Assembly: GCA_040285825.1 (NCBI GenBank)
Contig: JAUPSS010000002.1
Coordinates: forward strand, 1,302,001 to 1,366,000
Direction: 5' to 3'
DNA from: Eukaryota sp. TZLM1-RC
Lineage: Eukaryota > Protista > Metamonada: BaSk clade
DNA length: 64,000 nucleotides
Shown: positions 46,550 to 58,483 of the stretch, piece by piece
Layout: each line of letters starts with the position of its first letter
Numbering within the stretch: the stretch's first letter is position 1
Program-made: the position numbers and the translations under genes
Notes under the pieces: generated by a model
What the model was told of the DNA's origin: nothing
What the model saw: the letters and a program-made list of their open reading frames with translations, nothing else
Database searches by the model: none

Positions 46550-48691
46550 CTACTGGAAAAATTTGGGATTTCCACTCATTTTGGACTGCTGTGACACCAT
46601 TTCATTGATTTTTTGTTCAAAGAAATCACTTTCTTTTCCAGAATTAACCGCATCAGAATACTTGAACAAAGAGAACTTTGCCTTTGCAGAACCGCTCAAA
46701 CTAAAAACATCAAACAATCTTTTTGCCATTTCAGCAGAATACATCAAGACAAAAGCTTTATCTTCTAAAAGACAAATAGCGAAGCTCTGCACAGTAAGTC
46801 CGAGTAAATCAGACATTAATCCGCACAAATTCCCCAAAGAGACTGTTTTTCCTGGCCCTTTGCGCTCAACCACAAAAACTTGATCCTTGTTGGAATTCAT
46901 AATCTTATCAATAGTCACGGTATTAGGCAATGCTACACTAGATAACAATGGTTGGGGTGACACTAGTGGGGTGTGTTTAATCACAATAGAAGAGCTCAGG
47001 CATTGACAATCAAAACCCCAAACTTTTGCAAGATTTAAAACAAACTTGGATTGAGATTTGTCCATTGTAGGCACTATTCTTGATCCTCCTTTGAGATTGA
47101 TTAACTGGCAAAAGAAATCTTCGATTTTGTAAAGGAGGTCAATTTGATATCTGGCTTCCTTAATCAACTCTGATTGATAAGAGTGATTGATTGAAGTAGC
47201 AGATACTGAATCCAAACCAAGTGCTTGAGCAAATGCTGAATTTCGACTAATTCTTGAAGATTCTCGACGACAATCATCATCACAATCAATTTTATGACCT
47301 TCTTGACAAGAAACAGTTTGACTAATACGACCACAATCACAAGCAACCTTCCGTTTTCCATGGCAAGGGGGACAGTCTTCCTTCAGATGACACCTTGATT
47401 GACAGAAATGCCCACAATCAAGCTCATTTCCGCACAATTGGTGACATGGGGTAGGAATACGATCAAGAGTGTCTACCATATCCTCAGAAAAACACTCGCC
47501 ATTGACTAACCCATCTGAATGACAAATAATATTACATTTGTGCCGCAAACAGTGAGCAAGGTTCTGACAAGGTTTACCACATTTCGGTCGCTCCTTCGAA
47601 CAAGGCCATAATGGAATTCTTGTGAGGCCACATTGACAAAGAACTGTGGTAGGGACTAAACAGGGAGGGCAATCAAGCGAGGAATCGTGACAGTTGTGTG
47701 TGGTGGTGTGGTGGCATGAACTAGGCCGTGGACAATCTTGCCGGCAAAATGGAGCTAAATCCCCACACAAAAGGTCTGAGACCTTGACAGAACCACAAAC
47801 ACAAGAGTACTCAGAATGGCTAATCACTGAGCAAGACGGACATTGGCCACGATGACAAGGGAACGTACAGTGATGGTTCTTGCAGGGTAATAATTTGTTA
47901 CATTGTTTGGTACACACATGCTCTTGGTCATTACAGCACCTTTTCCGGCACTTGTGATGTCCGCACGACAGCTTGACTGCACAAAACCTATTGCAAACGA
48001 CTACGGAATCAACAGTCTCACATTGGTTAGGATTGGATTCTTTACCACAGCGACATATTCCAGGGTTGGGGTTAGGGTTAGGGTTGGGGTTAGGGTTTGA
48101 TTCCCTACTAAGGCTTGCCTCATCAATCAAGACAGAAAAGATGGAATCATTTGACCGTTCGCTAACAGTTTTCAACTGTTGCTGCTTGATAGGTTTCTCC
48201 AAAGGATTACCACACGAACAGGGTGAGGAGACACATGGACCAGGGTGACAGGGCAGAGGACATGAAACAAAGCAAGTTTTACACAAGAGCGCATTACAAA
48301 CAGCTCCACAAGAGTGGGGGATGGGAGCAGAGGGCAGTGACTTTTGATGAGATTTCCCACAGAAACAAAATGAACTGGGGATAAATGGAGAGCTATAGTT
48401 ACAAAGGGAACATTTCCAGTGTTTTTCAAAGGATTGATCAGTTACAGATGCATTAGTGAAGCACCATTTGTTGGCACATCGTTGGTGAAAGATTTGGTAG
48501 CAGTTTGGACAAGCAGAGACCACATGATTGTGTCTCATGAAGGATAGGCAAATAGGACACTCACTTTCATTGTGTATCTCCTGGATAATGGACTTAGTAC
48601 GTTCTGGGTAATCCAAGGGAGCAGGAGGAAGAGTTAGTGCGGATTTGGATGAGCGTTTAGAGTGTTGTCGTTTTTTACGATTGCAGGACAT
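46550..48691 (-). CDS. NFX1: NFX1/Fap1-type RING + NF-X1 zinc finger repeats + degenerate R3H protein
   Basis: CPICL..CPNCYQIFHQRCANKW RING, PHSCGAVC, CHPGPC, CHRGQC repeats, RNSAFAQALG. Confidence 0.93.
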   Translation of the reverse strand: MSCNRKKRQHSKRSSKSALTLPPAPLDYPERTKSIIQEIHNESECPICLSFMRHNHVVSACPNCYQIFHQRCANKWCFTNASVTDQSFEKHWKCSLCNYSSPFIPSSFCFCGKSHQKSLPSAPIPHSCGAVCNALLCKTCFVSCPLPCHPGPCVSSPCSCGNPLEKPIKQQQLKTVSERSNDSIFSVLIDEASLSRESNPNPNPNPNPNPGICRCGKESNPNQCETVDSVVVCNRFCAVKLSCGHHKCRKRCCNDQEHVCTKQCNKLLPCKNHHCTFPCHRGQCPSCSVISHSEYSCVCGSVKVSDLLCGDLAPFCRQDCPRPSSCHHTTTHNCHDSSLDCPPCLVPTTVLCQCGLTRIPLWPCSKERPKCGKPCQNLAHCLRHKCNIICHSDGLVNGECFSEDMVDTLDRIPTPCHQLCGNELDCGHFCQSRCHLKEDCPPCHGKRKVACDCGRISQTVSCQEGHKIDCDDDCRRESSRISRNSAFAQALGLDSVSATSINHSYQSELIKEARYQIDLLYKIEDFFCQLINLKGGSRIVPTMDKSQSKFVLNLAKVWGFDCQCLSSSIVIKHTPLVSPQPLLSSVALPNTVTIDKIMNSNKDQVFVVERKGPGKTVSLGNLCGLMSDLLGLTVQSFAICLLEDKAFVLMYSAEMAKRLFDVFSLSGSAKAKFSLFKYSDAVNSGKESDFFEQKINEMVSQQSKMSGNPKFFQ
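48062..48098 (+). repeat. Telomere-like (TTAGGG/TTGGGG)x6 inside NFX1, encoding (NP)n
   Basis: Directly visible. Confidence 0.9.
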
Positions 48692-48817
48692 CAGCTAACA
48701 GCACACTAATGGCAAATAGTAGTAACCAGTTGAGAAAATTGGAGGATGTAGATGAAATAAATCAACTTTCATTTTCAGAACTTAGGGTTTGAACAACATT
48801 CACCATATAAATTTGCT

Positions 48818-51800
48818 CTCTTGCAGGGTCTTTTGCAGGGTCTCTTGCAGGGTCTCGTGTTAGGTATTCAATGTTTCTTTGTATTTTCATCTTTTTCCTC
48901 AAATGCACTTCTACATTAAGAACTCCTACAGATGCTCAAAGTGTCGACAACAGGGACATAATGCTCGAACATGCCCCAATGTTGGAAAAAATGATGCGGC
49001 AAATTCTGAAACAAAATGTAAAAGAAAATTTATTAGAAGGAAAGAGTCTAAGGTAGAACCCATAAATAATGCTCCACAAGTTGTTGCAAAACCAGTTTGC
49101 AACCGATTAAAGCACAAAACTTGCAACAATTGTGGCATTTCTTTTAGAAAAAATGCAAAAGGAAAAACTTCTGATCGCTGCTTGAAATGCCGCATAGTTG
49201 ATAACTACCATCCTCCTATAAGAATACCTCAAGAAATTCATCCGACCAAATGCAATGAATTTGCTTTCGTTTTTCAAAGATTTTTGGATCAATTATGTAA
49301 AGGAAAGTATGCTATCAATATTATTTGGGAATTTTTTGGTTCTTTTTGTCCTCCTTTTGAACAAAATTTCGTAAATATTTCCGAAGATTTAACTAATATA
49401 GCACCGAGAAATCAGTCATCCGAGAAATTAAGTAAAATTTTTGAAGACAAATGCTTTGACAACAAATGGTCCAAGGCTTTGTCAGCTTTAAGTCCCGGAG
49501 TTAAAGCACCCAACAATGAAAATACAATAGATAAACTGAAAATACTTCATCCTTATGAAGACCCTATAATGGATCAAAATTTTTACGGCACATACTGGGA
49601 AAATTGTCCATTGATGCCATCAGCAGTTTTTTCGGTTATCAAAAAGAGACCTCGTGGTAAGTCTGCCGGACTTTCTGGTATTACTATTGATCATGTAAAA
49701 GCCGCGATTATTTCTTCAGAAGATTGCCTTGGTTTATTGACCAAATTTTTCAACCAAATATTATCTGATCAACGCAAATACGCAGAAGAATTAAGAAGTT
49801 CTCGTTTGACTGCACTTGTCAAAAATTCAAAAATGGATGTTCGTCCTATTGCAGTCTCTGAGAGCTTACACAATATTTTTTCTGCGTGTTGCTTAAGCAG
49901 GTTCAATGAAAAAGCTAAAAAGATTTTATTACCCTTTCAATATGGTATAAATACTACAGATGGAGTCTCTTCAGCGATTTTTGCTACTGATGTCTTATTT
50001 CGTCAAAATGAATCCAATGTTTGCATGTCATTGGATTTTAGTAATGCTTTTAATTCACTAAGTCGTCGCAGTATCCATGGTGCTCTATTGCAATATATGC
50101 CGGAATTAATACCATATTTTCAATCAACATATTGCACATATTCTAATTTACATTTTGGTAACAACATTTTGAGTTCATCAAGTGGCGTAAAGCAAGGAGA
50201 TCCGTTAGGACCTCTTTTGTTTTGTTTGGCCATTCATCCTATTCTACTGCAAATTCAAGAGATGTTTCCTTCACTAAAAATGATTGCATATATGGATGAT
50301 GTTGTGCTTATTGGTGATTTAAATATTGTGAAACAAGCAACTGTATGTTTTAAAGAATTATTTACCAAAATTGGTCTCCGACTTAATTTACTTAAATGTG
50401 TTTTGTTATCGAATTCTCCAGTTTCCACAATAATTGATGATATTGAAATTCAAGCCAAATTATATTCAATTGATGCTATTCGTCATTTGGGTTCGTTTTT
50501 AGGAAATAATGATGAAATTACCAAAAATTGTTTGAAAAGTTGAACTCAATTTCTGACAAAATTGACCGAATGATGAATTTAGATATAAAAAACACATCAA
50601 ATTTACCATTATAAGACTGTGTTTTAGTTCCAATTTTAATCATATATTTCGATCTACAAATCCTCTCGTCACTAGACCTTTGGCTCAAAAGTTTAATGAG
50701 TTACGTGCAAAAGTTCTGTCTCAATTACCGGGATGTAAAATGTTTCAAATTCCAGATCATGCTTACCTTAGTCCACATTATGGTGGTTTAGGGTGGACGA
50801 AGGCTTCTATTCTTACCTCGTGTGCTTTTGTTGGTGGATGCAGAAATGCAATCTTTGAGTTTTCCGAAAGATTTGCAGATTGGGAAGATTTATTGATGAC
50901 AACGCAAAGTTCCACTGTTTTTGCATTAAATGAAGAAATTTCAAGAATTGATGTAGAAAAATGGGGTCGATGTTTTCCCCAAACATTCAATGGCAATATT
51001 CCAGAAAAAAATGTTTTAAATTTGAAGTACACTCTTCGAACATTACAGAAAAGATTGACTGGAATGTATGAAAAAGATCTTTATAATAATATTTGCAGCT
51101 CGGCTGTTTTAAATCAAGATCTTCACTCATTGTTATTGGAAAAGGGTGTTTGTGAAAACAAGGCGTCAGATTCTTCACTTTTTGTAACCATTGTACCACG
51201 AAGATTTGGATTGTGTGCCACTAATGAAGCATTTGTAACAAAAATGAGATTATATTTGAACATCCCCATTAACCAATTATTATCAAAAGAAAAATGTATT
51301 TGTTCGAATTCACCTCAACTCACTTTGCGCCATGCTCTAAATTGCTCTAAATTGAAAACTTATCGTTCTTCATTACATGATGCTGTTAGAGACACTGTTT
51401 TCAATATGGCACAAACTGCAAGGATATCGTGTATCAAAGAGCCCCTGCTGAAGGAAACACTTTCTCTGAATAATTTGGGTTCTGATGATAGAGGGGATGA
51501 ATACTGTGATTGGATTGATAATTCTGAAGCTATTGTTGACTTTGTCTCATGTAATGTTGCAAACGATACTTTGGTTCACAGAAGAAAACTTAATCCTGTG
51601 GCTGCTCTGGATTTTAAAGCAAAAGAAAAACATAGAAAATATGATAAAGAAATTGAAGATGCAAATGTCGATAGAAATACACAGCTGGTTTTTATTGCTT
51701 TCCCATTTTCGATAAATGGAAGATTATCAGTTGAAGCAGAAACTTTTTTGGATGACTTCCAAAAAATGGTGAAAGAAAAAACAATGAAAAGATTTGATAT

Positions 51801-51984
51801 TTTTTTATGGCGTTCACGGATTCAATTTGCCATTATTAATAGATTACCGCGGTTTTTCAATCGAATTAGAGAAGGTTTAGCTAGACAGCAAGCAAATCAA
51901 GATTTTGTAGAGGAAATCTTGGTTTAATGATAGTCGTCCCATTAGTTATGATTTAATTTATCCAAGTGTGCAAATTCAATAAAT
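48818..51984 (+). mobile_element. Best-preserved CRE-like family A copy (CCHC + C4 fingers, RT, CCHC, REL; ~1000 aa when joined)
   Basis: ATG 48903 to stop 51927 with frame breaks only at A-runs near 50523 and 50587; 3' UTR ends AATAAAT like the 20707 copy; 5' boundary uncertain, no TSD found. Confidence 0.95.
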
Positions 51985-52076
51985 ACGACATTAAGAAGAA
52001 AATTTTGTTTTGTATTGTAGTATGATTGTAAATTTTTGTGTTGCAGAGTTTTCTTTCAGGAATTTAATTCTAGCTC

Positions 52077-52316
52077 CTATTTCTTAACCGTTTTGTTTTG
52101 ATAAATCCATGCGTCTTTGGCTTTTTTATGAAATTTCTGATCGTCTTTGTTCAGAGTGTCTCTTCTTTGTTTGAGGGCAGTAAATCTCTTACAAATAAAT
52201 TCCTCAGTTTTGGATTTATTTTTTTCACTTGGGCGAGGATTTTGTTTTGGTCTGAAGTCGGGAATCTTGTTCAATGCTATTTTTAACTTTTTTATTCTGG
52301 AAAAACAGAGGATCAT
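52077..52316 (-). CDS. Possible small basic protein or gene fragment
   Basis: 79-aa ATG-started ORF preceded by AAACCCTAA; no recognised motif. Confidence 0.25.
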   Translation of the reverse strand: MILCFSRIKKLKIALNKIPDFRPKQNPRPSEKNKSKTEEFICKRFTALKQRRDTLNKDDQKFHKKAKDAWIYQNKTVKK

Positions 52317-53042
52317 TCAACCAATTAGGGTTTGGAATTTAAACTTCGTTTTCAGCGATTAATTATTCATTAATGCGAGAGTCAATTACGTTATGTAATT
52401 TTAACGTTATAGTTACAGCTCCTTTGGTTAAATTTCAGTCATGTACGGACGAAGTTCACCTTTTTCTCGCTTAAATGGCTATGTAGCTAACACAATAAGA
52501 CAGACAGAGAAGGCATAGTAAAAATCAACTTATGGAACTCATTTCTCTCACAAGCACATAATAGTATTAAATATCTAACGTTATGTGAAGGACAATTTCA
52601 GTTAAAGCAGTACAATCTTCGAAGCTAGCCAAAAACAACATATTTTTACTACGTTTCTCTATTATGATAGTTTGCCAAGGTGGACGTTGGTAAAAAATGT
52701 GTCGGATTCACAGTTTACGATTACCAGAATTTTATCTTATGTATAATCCAATTCTGTAAATTTAACATAATGTTGATCAAATTTGGTGAAATGTGGCGGA
52801 GCTTACAGTAACATTTAGTCACCAGCATTAGCCAAATTTCCACCCCTCAGAGTGAAAGAAAAGAACAAAACTGGTATATTTGGCTTTTAGAAACACATTA
52901 CATATTGAACCAAGTTTAAGAAAGATTTTTACAACAGCAAATAAACACAGCAACAAATACAATCAAAAAATAAAATTTCAAACTCAACTGACATCTACAA
53001 AATCAAAGGACCAATCAATAAAGAAATCAAACTTTATCAAAT

Positions 53043-53699
53043 TTAATCAGCATCTTTCCGTTTGAATGTCCTTCTTCTATTCACATCCTTATCAGAAGGT
53101 CTTCCTTCTTTCTTTTTGCTCTTCTTCTTCTTAGACGGAGCTGGTGAAGGTTGGGGCGTTGGAACGGGTGAAGACTTCTTTTGCTTTTTCTGTGGCTGAG
53201 GTCTTGACTCCAGGATAGCAGACACAAGCGGGGTATTTTTTAAATCAACATTAGAAATTTCTCGAGCTTTGGCCAATTCTGAAAGCTCAGCAAAAGACAA
53301 AACTTCTGATGAAGGATCACTCTCCTTGTCAATAGATTTAAGAAAGTTGGCGTAAAAAGGGTTCCTGGCGGCACAGAGTGTTCCCCTGATGGGATCTCTA
53401 CCTGGTTTTCTAGAGATGACTTGTGAAGGAGCATATTCAAGAGCGAGTGGGCGGTGTTTCCCATTGTCATCTGTAAAAGAAACTGTTGAAAGTAGTTTCC
53501 CAAATGGAACAACAGAAGAGGGCTTAGAAAATGATATAAAGCAGCGGCCTCCCAGTTGAGGATACATGAAATGTTGAGGTGAAAAATAGATGTGTTCAAC
53601 ATCAAACTGTGAAAGGATAGTGTCAATGGTGGAGAAGAACAGTTCCTCAGTGATATTGGACGGTATATTTCGTACTACAATGCGGCTGGGAGCTGTCAT
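53043..53699 (-). CDS. UPF3: NMD factor UPF3/Smg-4
   Basis: RIVVRNIPSNITEE, RCFISF, FTDDNG..LEYAPSQ, DPIRGT, TPLV. Confidence 0.9.
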   Translation of the reverse strand: MTAPSRIVVRNIPSNITEELFFSTIDTILSQFDVEHIYFSPQHFMYPQLGGRCFISFSKPSSVVPFGKLLSTVSFTDDNGKHRPLALEYAPSQVISRKPGRDPIRGTLCAARNPFYANFLKSIDKESDPSSEVLSFAELSELAKAREISNVDLKNTPLVSAILESRPQPQKKQKKSSPVPTPQPSPAPSKKKKSKKKEGRPSDKDVNRRRTFKRKDAD

Positions 53700-53790
53700 T
53701 TTTCAGATGTATAAGTGGGTAATTTTTCAAAAATAATTGAAATTAAATTTGGTGCATAGTATATATTGGAACTTCCATTAGTCTCATTGA

Positions 53791-54489
53791 ATGCTCTGTC
53801 CAGTGTGTAAGATCAACCAGATTGGGTTCAGTCTTCCCTGTGGTCATTGCTTTTGTAATTGTGCTATTCAATGGGTAAACTCTCATCATCAGTGTCCAAT
53901 GTGTCGATCTCCATCCACCACACACGATATTAGACGACTTTATCTTGATGACACTGCAGAAGATGTTGAAGCTGACCAGCCTCAACTTCCAGAGATAAAT
54001 TTCTCTCAATCTCCTAGAATTTCCTATGAAACTCCATATCATTGGATACCACTTCCTGCTCAGCTCAATCTCATATGCCTTGATGCTCTCAAGGAAGGAC
54101 GATCTAGCACAGAAATCACATATGAAGATGATTGTCACTTGGTTGATTTTTCTCTCTTAAAAATGACAAATATGCAAACTTTTCGGCAGTTCAACATCAA
54201 GTTTTTTTACAATTACCCATCTAATGTTGATTGGCTGTTCCGACATTTCAGAGGGTATTCTCTATGTAATCAAGAATTATCTATTCAGTTGGAACAAAAT
54301 TTTGTGGACGGAGTTTCACATTTTGAGTTTGATGCAGGAATATTCACCTATAGAATCACTTTGGATTATGAGAGAGGGCAACATTGTCAAGAGAACCTTT
54401 CTACTGGTAGAACGAGACAGCTAAAACGAGAGGTACTAGATGAAGTAGAACAAGATGAAGTAGAACAGGATGAAGACAGTGGTTCTTAA
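53791..54489 (+). CDS. RING finger E3 ligase with tandem WWE-like domains
   Basis: CPVC..LPCGHCFCNCAIQW..CPMCR; YHWIPLP..LVDFSLLKMTNMQT; YRITLD..QENLSTGRTRQLKR. Confidence 0.8.
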   Translation: MLCPVCKINQIGFSLPCGHCFCNCAIQWVNSHHQCPMCRSPSTTHDIRRLYLDDTAEDVEADQPQLPEINFSQSPRISYETPYHWIPLPAQLNLICLDALKEGRSSTEITYEDDCHLVDFSLLKMTNMQTFRQFNIKFFYNYPSNVDWLFRHFRGYSLCNQELSIQLEQNFVDGVSHFEFDAGIFTYRITLDYERGQHCQENLSTGRTRQLKREVLDEVEQDEVEQDEDSGS

Positions 54490-55371
54490 TTTGTACATAA
54501 CAAACTTTATTTTAATGTGGTTATTTCAAAATTCTCGAAAAATTGTTTAAGTTCTATGGATGCTCTCTTTTCTTGTTACATTTCTTTTTTTTCTGTTGAA
54601 TGAAACAATAATTAGATCATATGCATTCACATCGAGTCAAGATGGTTGGATTTTTCAATGTTTTTGTAAATTTGCGATTAGACAGTATTGTTCCCTACCC
54701 ATTCTTTTTAGACCACGTTTTAAAAGCAAGTGGACATAATTTTTGGTGGTATAACCGAGGTTAAGTTTCGAATGTGAATTTGATATGAATTTGATTTATA
54801 TTTGGTAGATGAATCGTGCCAAGAAGTATCATTTATTGCAGACTACCGACTTTTTTACAATATTTCTTATTGAAACAACCATTAAAGCAACATATTTGAT
54901 TTTCATTCTGAATCTCAAGTGAACAAAAGCTAGACTATTCTGTTAGTTCTTGAACTGACTGCCAATAAAAAAGTATTCGAGTTATAATCTGTCGGCCTTT
55001 GTACTGATTTGTTTATTTCGGATTTGTTGTGATGAGTTTTTTTGGAAGAGGTTGAAAAAGCAAAAGTGGAAGTGTATAATAGTTAAATTCAAATAGTCTG
55101 GTAATTAGGCTGAAACTCAATAATTGTTCAGTATTAGTTTTTTTCTTGAAAACTGATATCAGACCAGCTGCTGAGATTTCTGGTGTTTTTATTTCAAATT
55201 ATGGCCCAAGTGTTGGCGCCCTAAGGCTTATATAATATAATGTGAATGGAAAATAAATCAGACTTTTCTTTACTACAATAGACTTTAGGCAACAATAATT
55301 ATTGGCCATTTTAAAGTCAAAAGGTATACCATAACTCCAGCATTAGCGAACATCTTCAGACGCTTTACAGC

Positions 55372-58300
55372 ATGTCAGACATCTCCCAACCAGATATCTC
55401 TGACTCTAATCCACCACTTAATATGCAGCAGGTACCAGCGTCACATACACATGATATAGAGGGCAACGAGGCAACGGACCCGGATCCCACCTCCCCCTCC
55501 CTTAATGTAGAAGAAGATGAAAGAGAGGACGAGGTCCCTCCATCTTCAACAACAGAAGAGGTAACGAGAACGGACCCGGCTCCCTCTCCCCTCAGGAAAA
55601 AAGAAACAGATGAGGTTACGAGAACGGACCCAGCTCCCTCTCCCCTCAGGAAAAAAGAAACAGATGAGGTTACGAGAACGGACCCAACTCCCTCTCCCCT
55701 CCCAATTCTAGAACCTGTCTCAAAGGAAACGGATGGAGATCCCACCTTAGACACGTCTTCCCCATTAGGAGAATATGAAGAAATTCAATCTCAACTGGAT
55801 GAAATGGAGGGAGAAGACGACTCTTCTGAGGGGTTCTACAAGTTATTAAGAGAGGATGCGGAGGCTTACCTCGAACCAACAGATTTCTGTCTGTTCGAGC
55901 AGCTTCCCCCTTTATGGAGTTACATTCAAAAAAGAGGCATAAACGTTGGTTTCCAGACCCTCGGAATGATTGGGGATACCCAAAAGGTATTGGAAATTCC
56001 CCTCAATGAAAGGAATGAACTCATAAAGGCACTCGATAAACTGAGTAGAGAGACATTCGGGCGTAACGCAGAGCGCTGCCCCAGAATCTCTGAAATGGAC
56101 AAGAGATTCAATGAAATGATGTCTCTTCCCATCAAAGATAGACTGGATTGGAAGGCCTCCTTCCTAGATCAACACGGCAGGAGAATAAGGTTTCTCTCCA
56201 TCGAGCAGAGAAGTAGGACCGACTCGGAAGACATCCTACAATCCGAATTGCCTGCCTGGTTTGATCCTAACTTTGATACGGAAATCCATAATTACACGGA
56301 GCTGACAGAGGGTGCTCCCACATATTTTAGGGAATTTATGGAGCAGGAGGATAGTAGTGAACCAGACAAGCTTGAACCGGTAACACCCTGGTTTGATGCA
56401 GACGCTTTAAACAACATTCATACGGAACGATCAGCTGTATCCACGTATAGGAGCCGTCCTAACAACTACATCCAACAACATGGTAACTCGTTCACGAAAC
56501 AACGAGAGTTTAGACAATGGGTAACGGGAGATCCATCCACATCTCTCCACCTTCCCAAACTGCCTGTTGTAGCCCCCATAATTTCTGAAAAAAGCCAACC
56601 AATACAGGTCTGCTCTATTGACAGCATACCCGAACACGTTCCAAAAGTGAACGTCCCGGAACCTGTAACAAGACAAGACGTTGCTCCTCAGGAAGAACCA
56701 ACTTCCTCCCAACCTATGGAACGTGAAATCGGAGAAGACATAGAGTTGAACGGGCCAGTCGTTGGAGAAACGGCTCCTCCTCAACCCTCAGTAAGAAACT
56801 CTTCTTCCGACAGATCTATGCGTATTGAGGACCTACAATCCTCAAGAAGAGCTATTGACATGAGCATAGCTAGTACCCTTCATAGACAGATTGATCCACG
56901 GTCTAAGGATATTGACTATAAAAGACCTCGATTATCCGCTGATGACCCTATCAACAAAATGTCTATCATAGCTTTTCTTTTAAAATATCAAACTTGGGAT
57001 AAATACGGGCGAAAGATAGCTAATAGAAGCTTTGAAGCCCCAGGTCAATCAGATTGGACCAGAGCCTTTATGATAGCTACCCAGCTATTTGGAGAAGGCC
57101 AAGCACAAATAACCCAAGATAGGATTAAAGATCTCCCCAAACATATACGCGACGAAATCACCAGGGATACAACACAGCCTTTGGTAAGGATTGACCCAGC
57201 TATAACAGATAAGCTCGGACCCCCAATCCACCATTATGATTTATTTAGGAGCATGATGATGAGCACTTGCCCTACAGGAATATCCAGCATGATTGACCCT
57301 AGCCTTCTATCCAGATGGCAAAGTCAAGGTTTACTCGGTGTTGATTATACCGACGCCGACGTCATGGTATTTCTGCTAAAAAGAACACAATTCACATCAT
57401 ATCATGAGGCTTGTACAGCTCTAATGAAGCCTAGAATAAACTGGAGAAAAATCCACAATAGGCACGAGGCTGACAACGAGTTTGGTCGTTATGTAGAAGA
57501 TTTTGGAGACGTCTTGAGAATGACCACCTACATCACCGACCTAACCATCCCCGATTTAATTAGAGGAAGCAGAGGCTTGATAACCATATCTCCCGCTCTA
57601 ATAGCCGAGTACTTTCTTATGGGTTTGGACAACTTTGCTATATCGAGTGAACTCCTCCCAGTATGGACTAGGAAATCCTTGTGGGACTCACCGAACAGAA
57701 CAACTCTACTCGATTTGATATCGACAACGAGAAGACATTTCCTCGCTTGATGTTACACAGCAGGAAACAAGCCCACAATGGATGTACTAAGGAACAGGGC
57801 TAACGAAGAAGATATTCCTTTGGGACTCACGGCGATGAGAACTTACTCAAGAGGAGTAACACCATCAGCCCAGGCTCCATCAAAACGAGCAAGACGATCA
57901 GGTGGAAAGTCAAGAGGAACCCCTCAACACAAATACATCCCTGAAAAGCATGAACGAGAAGGATCAAAATGCTGTACATTCTGCAGCAACGTCGAAGGTA
58001 ACAATCCTGTTGGCCACACTGTATTCGAATGCAAAGACCCTCGTTGTGCTAGAAGCAGAGTTCCCAAAGAAGAAAGACAGATTAGGCGAACAGGAGGCGC
58101 CTGCTAGTAGAGGCAGTGTAGAAAGGGGCCGAGGTGGCCGTGGTAGACGGGTACATAGATTCAAATTTAGAGGCCGTGGAGGCCGTTTTAGAGGTCATAA
58201 AGGAAGAGGTCAGTACAGACCTATACATAACATAAACACAACAGAGGACATATCATCAAACGCATCCCCTACTGAGTCAAAACCGACCCGTTCGAGTACG

Positions 58301-58483
58301 GTTCCTCACAGACGGATCAACAACAGCAACCGGAACAGCAGGACAGGCAACTTTCCTAATCGGGTACATATCAACGCAATCAATCACAACCAATCAACAA
58401 CCGATTTAGGAAACCCAGTCAACAACTTTCCAACAGCTCAACAAAATCTTTTAATTCCTCTGCAAATTCACCAAACCAGCTGA
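55372..58483 (+). pseudogene. Large gag (in-frame TGA at 57748, frameshift near 58090)
   Basis: 792-aa ORF continues in frame into CTFCSNVEGNNPVGHTVFEC, then an RGG-rich segment in another frame. Confidence 0.75.
55552..55702 (+). repeat. 54-bp tandem repeat x2.8 in gag
   Basis: Encodes TDEVTRTDPAPSPLRKKE repeats. Confidence 0.9.

Noticed and set aside
50515-50600. Programmed frameshift in family A
   Set aside because: Breaks vary between copies and fall in homopolymers; the 270-1690 copy is in frame at the first site
9010-53699. Functional cluster of RNA-processing genes (RNMT, SURF6, TRF4, U1-70K, UPF3)
   Set aside because: Interspersed with unrelated genes; no evidence beyond chance in a reduced gene set
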